DNA of 64,000 nt from Monocercomonoides exilis PA203 (taxonomy: Eukaryota; Protista; Preaxostyla). This document shows, one piece after another, positions 61,401 through 64,000 of the stretch (positions are counted from its first letter, which is position 1; each line of letters opens with the position of its first letter). The position numbers and the translations under genes were made by a program. The notes under the pieces are model-generated. The model was not told the DNA's origin. It searched no databases and saw only the letters and a list, made by a program, of their open reading frames with translations. The stretch is taken from positions 1,116,001 through 1,180,000 of the forward strand of contig LSRY02000018.1 of the NCBI GenBank assembly GCA_001643675.2, given 5' to 3'.

Positions 61401-64000
61401 ATGATGATGATGATAACTTCCATCTCCATCAACTTTTCCCTTCTTCTCCCTCTTCTTCCTTCTCTTTCTCTCCTCTTCTCCTTCTTCTTCTTCTCCTTCT
61501 CCTCTTCCTCCTCTTCCATCCATCATCCCTTCCTCTGTCACATAATGATGATGATGATTATAATGATTATTATATGCCCTCGTGTTCAAATGCAGTGGAG
61601 AACGTGATTGTGCTGTTAAAGCTGCATTCAAAACTCCATCTTCTGCAAAAGATGCCACAAAACCTCCGTTTTCTTCATCTTCTGGCGAATGCACATTAAA
61701 CCGCTCAACACGTGATGGCAGATCATCTGCATTGCTTAGATCACTTTCACTCAAAGAAGACAATGAAGATTCACTTCCTATTTGATTTCTTCTTCTTCTT
61801 CTTCTTCTTTTGCTTTTGCTGTTTAGTTCGCTTCCTCTTCCTCCTCCTTCTCCTCCAATCACCCCTTCCCAAACAACTCCTCTTTTCTTCCCTTTCCTTC
61901 CTGAATACATTTTTGCTCCATTAGCATCACCATTTTGTCTGTTTTGTGTTATTTCTGCTCTTCTTCTGTGTCTTTTTTGATGTTTTTGATGAGATTTTCT
62001 AATTGCTCCTTCGCCTTCTCCTTCTCCTCCATCATCATCATCATCATCTCCATCTGAACTTAATAACTCGTCAAGTGGAGAAGATGAAGAATCAGAATCA
62101 GAAGAGGAGGAGGAAGAAGAGGAAGAGGAAGAGGAAGAGGATGATGACATTGGAGATACACTTGAAAAATTGTTAAAGCTCAAAGAAGATGAAGAAGATG
62201 TTGAAGAAGAAGAAGAGGAGGAGGAAGAAGAAGAGGAAAGAGAAGATTCATCATCAACATCATCTTCCTCATAATCTCTTTCTCTTTCATCTTCATCCTT
62301 TTCATCATCATCATCTTCTTCTTCTTCTCCCTCTTCTGAATTCTCTCCAAAAATTCTTCCTTTCAATCTGCTTCTGCGTTCTCCATTTACCTTCTCTTTC
62401 TCTTCTTTTTGTTCTTCATTTGTTTCTTTTCTCATATTTTTCTGTGAAGCTGATAAACTCAAAGAAGAAGAAGAAGAAGAAGTTATTTTATTCGTCTTCG
62501 TTGAAACCGTTCCAGAATTTCCCTCAAAGTTGGGCGAAGCCAACTGTCCACTCAACATTTCCTGTTCTTTTTCCTTTGGCAGCTCAACAAGAGACACAAG
62601 TTTTGTGTTTGTGCTGTTTTGTGGATGATCATTTTGTCTGAAATATACAGAAGATAAATGAGAGGATGATGATGATGGGGAATGCAATGAAAAAGAAGAA
62701 GAAGACAAAGAAGCAGAAGAAGCAAAAGAAGAAGAGGAAGAAGAAGAAGCAGAAGAAGCAGAAGCAGAAGAAGAAAGCGTTGAATCTTTCCCTCCATAAG
62801 CCGAGCCCACTGCTGACCCCAGCTTCATATTGAGAGCAATTCTGTTCTGTTTGGCAATCGCCATTTTGTACTCCACCAGCTCATTCCACGTCCTCGTGCC
62901 TCTTCTCCTTCTGTTGCTCAGCTCGATCCACGCTGAATCAATAGACTCACTCCATTTTCCTGTAAGAACCATCCCCTGTTGTGAGGAAGAAGAAGAAGAA
63001 GAAGAAGAAGAAGAGCCTTCAGAACGACGAATAGAGTCAGAAATGGATGGATTTATGTCATTTCCTGTGATCTCGATGTTGTTTGAATTAAAATTCATTT
63101 TGATTAGTTTTTCTCCTTCTCCATCTTCTTCTTCTTCCACATCTCCTTCTTCTCCTCTCTCCATCCTCTTTCTCCTCCTCCTCTTCTCCTCCTTCCTCCT
63201 CCTCCTCTCCCTCTCTTCCTCTTTCTCTCTCTCCACTCTCCATCTGTGCAGATCACCTCCCATCTCGATCGTCTTCACAATCGCCTTCTGCAGCAGCAAT
63301 GGATTGCCCATCAGCTGCTCCAATGAATCAACAGTAACTGCCCCCAGCAAAACTCTCTCTCCTTTCCTCTGCGAGCGAACAAGCGGAACATATAGCAGCC
63401 CCATTGCTCTTGCCAGCTGCATTTCTCTTCGGATGTCTCTGACAGTGGAGAACGGGACAAGCGCTATTGTGGTTGTCTTCATCAGGTCTTTCACAGTGAG
63501 TGAGGATGTGGCGGTCAAACGGCGAGGGATCGTGAAGTGCATGGGAGGAGGCAGAGGGCTGGCTGTGCGTGGGATGATTGAGCTTATTGCTTCATCTGAC
63601 TGAGAAAGAACTGAATTTGAATTTGAAAATGAAGTTGAATTCGAATTTGAACCAATTTCATTGGAATTTAAATCAGCTGCATTTTGCCCAAGAACCTTCA
63701 GTGTGTGTTCCTTGTGCCTCATCTCGTCTCTAATTCTCTTCTTTTCCTCTTTCTCCAGCTTCTTCCTCTCCTTTTCCAATCTCTTTCTCTCCTTCTCCTC
63801 CTGCTTCTCAATCTTCGCCTCTATCTTCTCTCTCCACTCCTTCTTCACAAACGGAACTTTGTGCGGCAGTTTCGGCGACAGATACGGAATCCCCCTGAAC
63901 TTCATCAGCATCGTGTACATCGAGTCCGACAGCGCCATCGACGTCAGATAAGCAGCCAGCACGCCCAGCACACAGCTCAAAGACACATTTGCCATGCCAC
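58500..64000 (-). CDS. 3' part of a CLC chloride channel (ClC-1/2-like): last membrane helices, CBS1 (~63310-63500), huge low-complexity insert, CBS2 (~58775-58915); gene continues beyond the window
   Basis: 'SMALSDSMYTMLMKFRGIPYL' is the CLC helix R motif. CBS1 'LTVKDLM..VPLV..VLLGAV..LEQL'; CBS2 'PSPFQLSGSTSLHKAHSLFHLLQL..VTEEGEYVGVV' matches the ClC-2-type PFQL..TSLHK motif. Confidence 0.9.
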   Translation of the reverse strand, partial: GMANVSLSCVLGVLAAYLTSMALSDSMYTMLMKFRGIPYLSPKLPHKVPFVKKEWREKIEAKIEKQEEKERKRLEKERKKLEKEEKKRIRDEMRHKEHTLKVLGQNAADLNSNEIGSNSNSTSFSNSNSVLSQSDEAISSIIPRTASPLPPPMHFTIPRRLTATSSLTVKDLMKTTTIALVPFSTVRDIRREMQLARAMGLLYVPLVRSQRKGERVLLGAVTVDSLEQLMGNPLLLQKAIVKTIEMGGDLHRWRVEREKEEERERRRRKEEKRRRRKRMERGEEGDVEEEEDGEGEKLIKMNFNSNNIEITGNDINPSISDSIRRSEGSSSSSSSSSSSQQGMVLTGKWSESIDSAWIELSNRRRRGTRTWNELVEYKMAIAKQNRIALNMKLGSAVGSAYGGKDSTLSSSASASSASSSSSSSFASSASLSSSSFSLHSPSSSSSHLSSVYFRQNDHPQNSTNTKLVSLVELPKEKEQEMLSGQLASPNFEGNSGTVSTKTNKITSSSSSSLSLSASQKNMRKETNEEQKEEKEKVNGERRSRLKGRIFGENSEEGEEEEDDDDEKDEDERERDYEEDDVDDESSLSSSSSSSSSSSSTSSSSSLSFNNFSSVSPMSSSSSSSSSSSSSSSSDSDSSSSPLDELLSSDGDDDDDDGGEGEGEGAIRKSHQKHQKRHRRRAEITQNRQNGDANGAKMYSGRKGKKRGVVWEGVIGGEGGGRGSELNSKSKRRRRRRRNQIGSESSLSSLSESDLSNADDLPSRVERFNVHSPEDEENGGFVASFAEDGVLNAALTAQSRSPLHLNTRAYNNHYNHHHHYVTEEGMMDGRGGRGEGEEEEGEEERKRRKKREKKGKVDGDGSYHHHHHSKLVHSYSFSTLSQSSRTSSSSNSSSSSSHSSNNSNNIGTLSDESKQRMAEALAGSEFTQKNQINKKNQKKSAFSDSSYVSPPFLDGGEEKEDNETNGERGKEIEIRGNQIERGYKSGRGEYDDMLGKGGEKEEGKSGKIREKDGKEGKRRRKRLIQRRREKDIIEGEDLHTYLSNQLSREAKLGSAKLTSEHNFIRPLCFTRPKEHPSSFYFTRSYPSNPADVLTLPFIPSHLAFSKSVYFWTTFFAHPRYPNNSIALQRKNIVNTALSMANRQKTEQNKNSLNHHQSSLSSSYPSSSSSSSSSSLIRHFPRLPSSPLPPPLLFRSFRPSADLIVADEDSINNALSQHSLYSSSSSSSFASFTSNITFVSPPSPSLSLSLSPSPSSSSSSFSSSSIHQPQPQYNHQFDSSSSSSSSFAGNWAGADLHSPSGNSPSLSPSPATYNSSSSYSSSTYSSSSSSSSTSFFSSPSPFPFNTSSSSSSSSSSSFSKKCTRLSLCPHTKNIPATPLPPRSLVWPHNFSESWMKRWILKVSEEEEEEEKEVNENANESDNQKQVQMNHLTTSFFSSTASSSSSSNYAPPPPPPPPPPPPPSHPPPYSSSSSSFPSSSSTITSPSPLPNPSFLSEEERKASKWTGSFFVGQLSVDKGANLQNIQAFKAPRHFTGKLPKTSRRKMMNKMMEMKTSLLVATPADEEDVLGAPVPPPPLVVGEKMKREGENRKGKEKEKEKEKEKDERKRNESSSVSEIPRTKTQLLRAHSTSSSPSAPSSSSSSSLSSSSPSSSKLSPSFTSTKKKECYTPVTAATVQKLSSSDDDFSVVNLLSRFVLVHPSPFQLSGSTSLHKAHSLFHLLQLSFCLVTEEGEYVGVVWKSDFSELAEAMKRWGKEKAQQKEQIAYEKEVAMREKNAMKEKEKEMKREREKIKEKRKMIMKRQKGVNAEGSLGDGSKYVESAATPLILRDEFNE

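Noticed and set aside
1-64000. CRISPR arrays, rRNA, tRNA, telomeric repeats
   Set aside because: None recognised; the repeats present are microsatellites or coding low-complexity tracts.

Overview
Eukaryotic, AT-rich, intron-containing genomic DNA from a flagellated protist using the standard code (intact genes end in TAA or TGA). The Ser/Glu low-complexity tracts, short GT-AG introns, giant beta-helix receptor pseudokinases and the 'YHQxHRNLTxLAYQSAWEFL' family point to an oxymonad such as Monocercomonoides (my recognition, not a database result). Confident genes: SPAG6/PF16 (6 exons, first intron GC-AG), EF-1alpha, and the 3' part of a ClC-2-like chloride channel whose two CBS domains are about 1,460 aa apart. 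The window also holds a 4,205-aa single-exon surface receptor pseudokinase, a roughly 3,500-aa secreted protein with Cys-modified SdrD-B-like repeats, a beta-helix type-I membrane protein, a small Cys/Pro-rich secreted protein and two paralogs of a lineage-specific family. Decayed mobile elements include a DIRS-type tyrosine recombinase and a Merlin/ISXO2 transposase. The main unannotated structure is a 3.7-kb element at 45502-49222 with 15-bp TIRs, a perfect 8-bp TSD (TAGTGGGC) and subterminal TGACG motifs. Its own ORF appears interrupted by a captured ~1.8-kb fragment of the giant-receptor ectodomain family, and a divergent relative of the element ends at 3156. Three copies of the same N-terminal receptor module occur in the window: one intact and two truncated.
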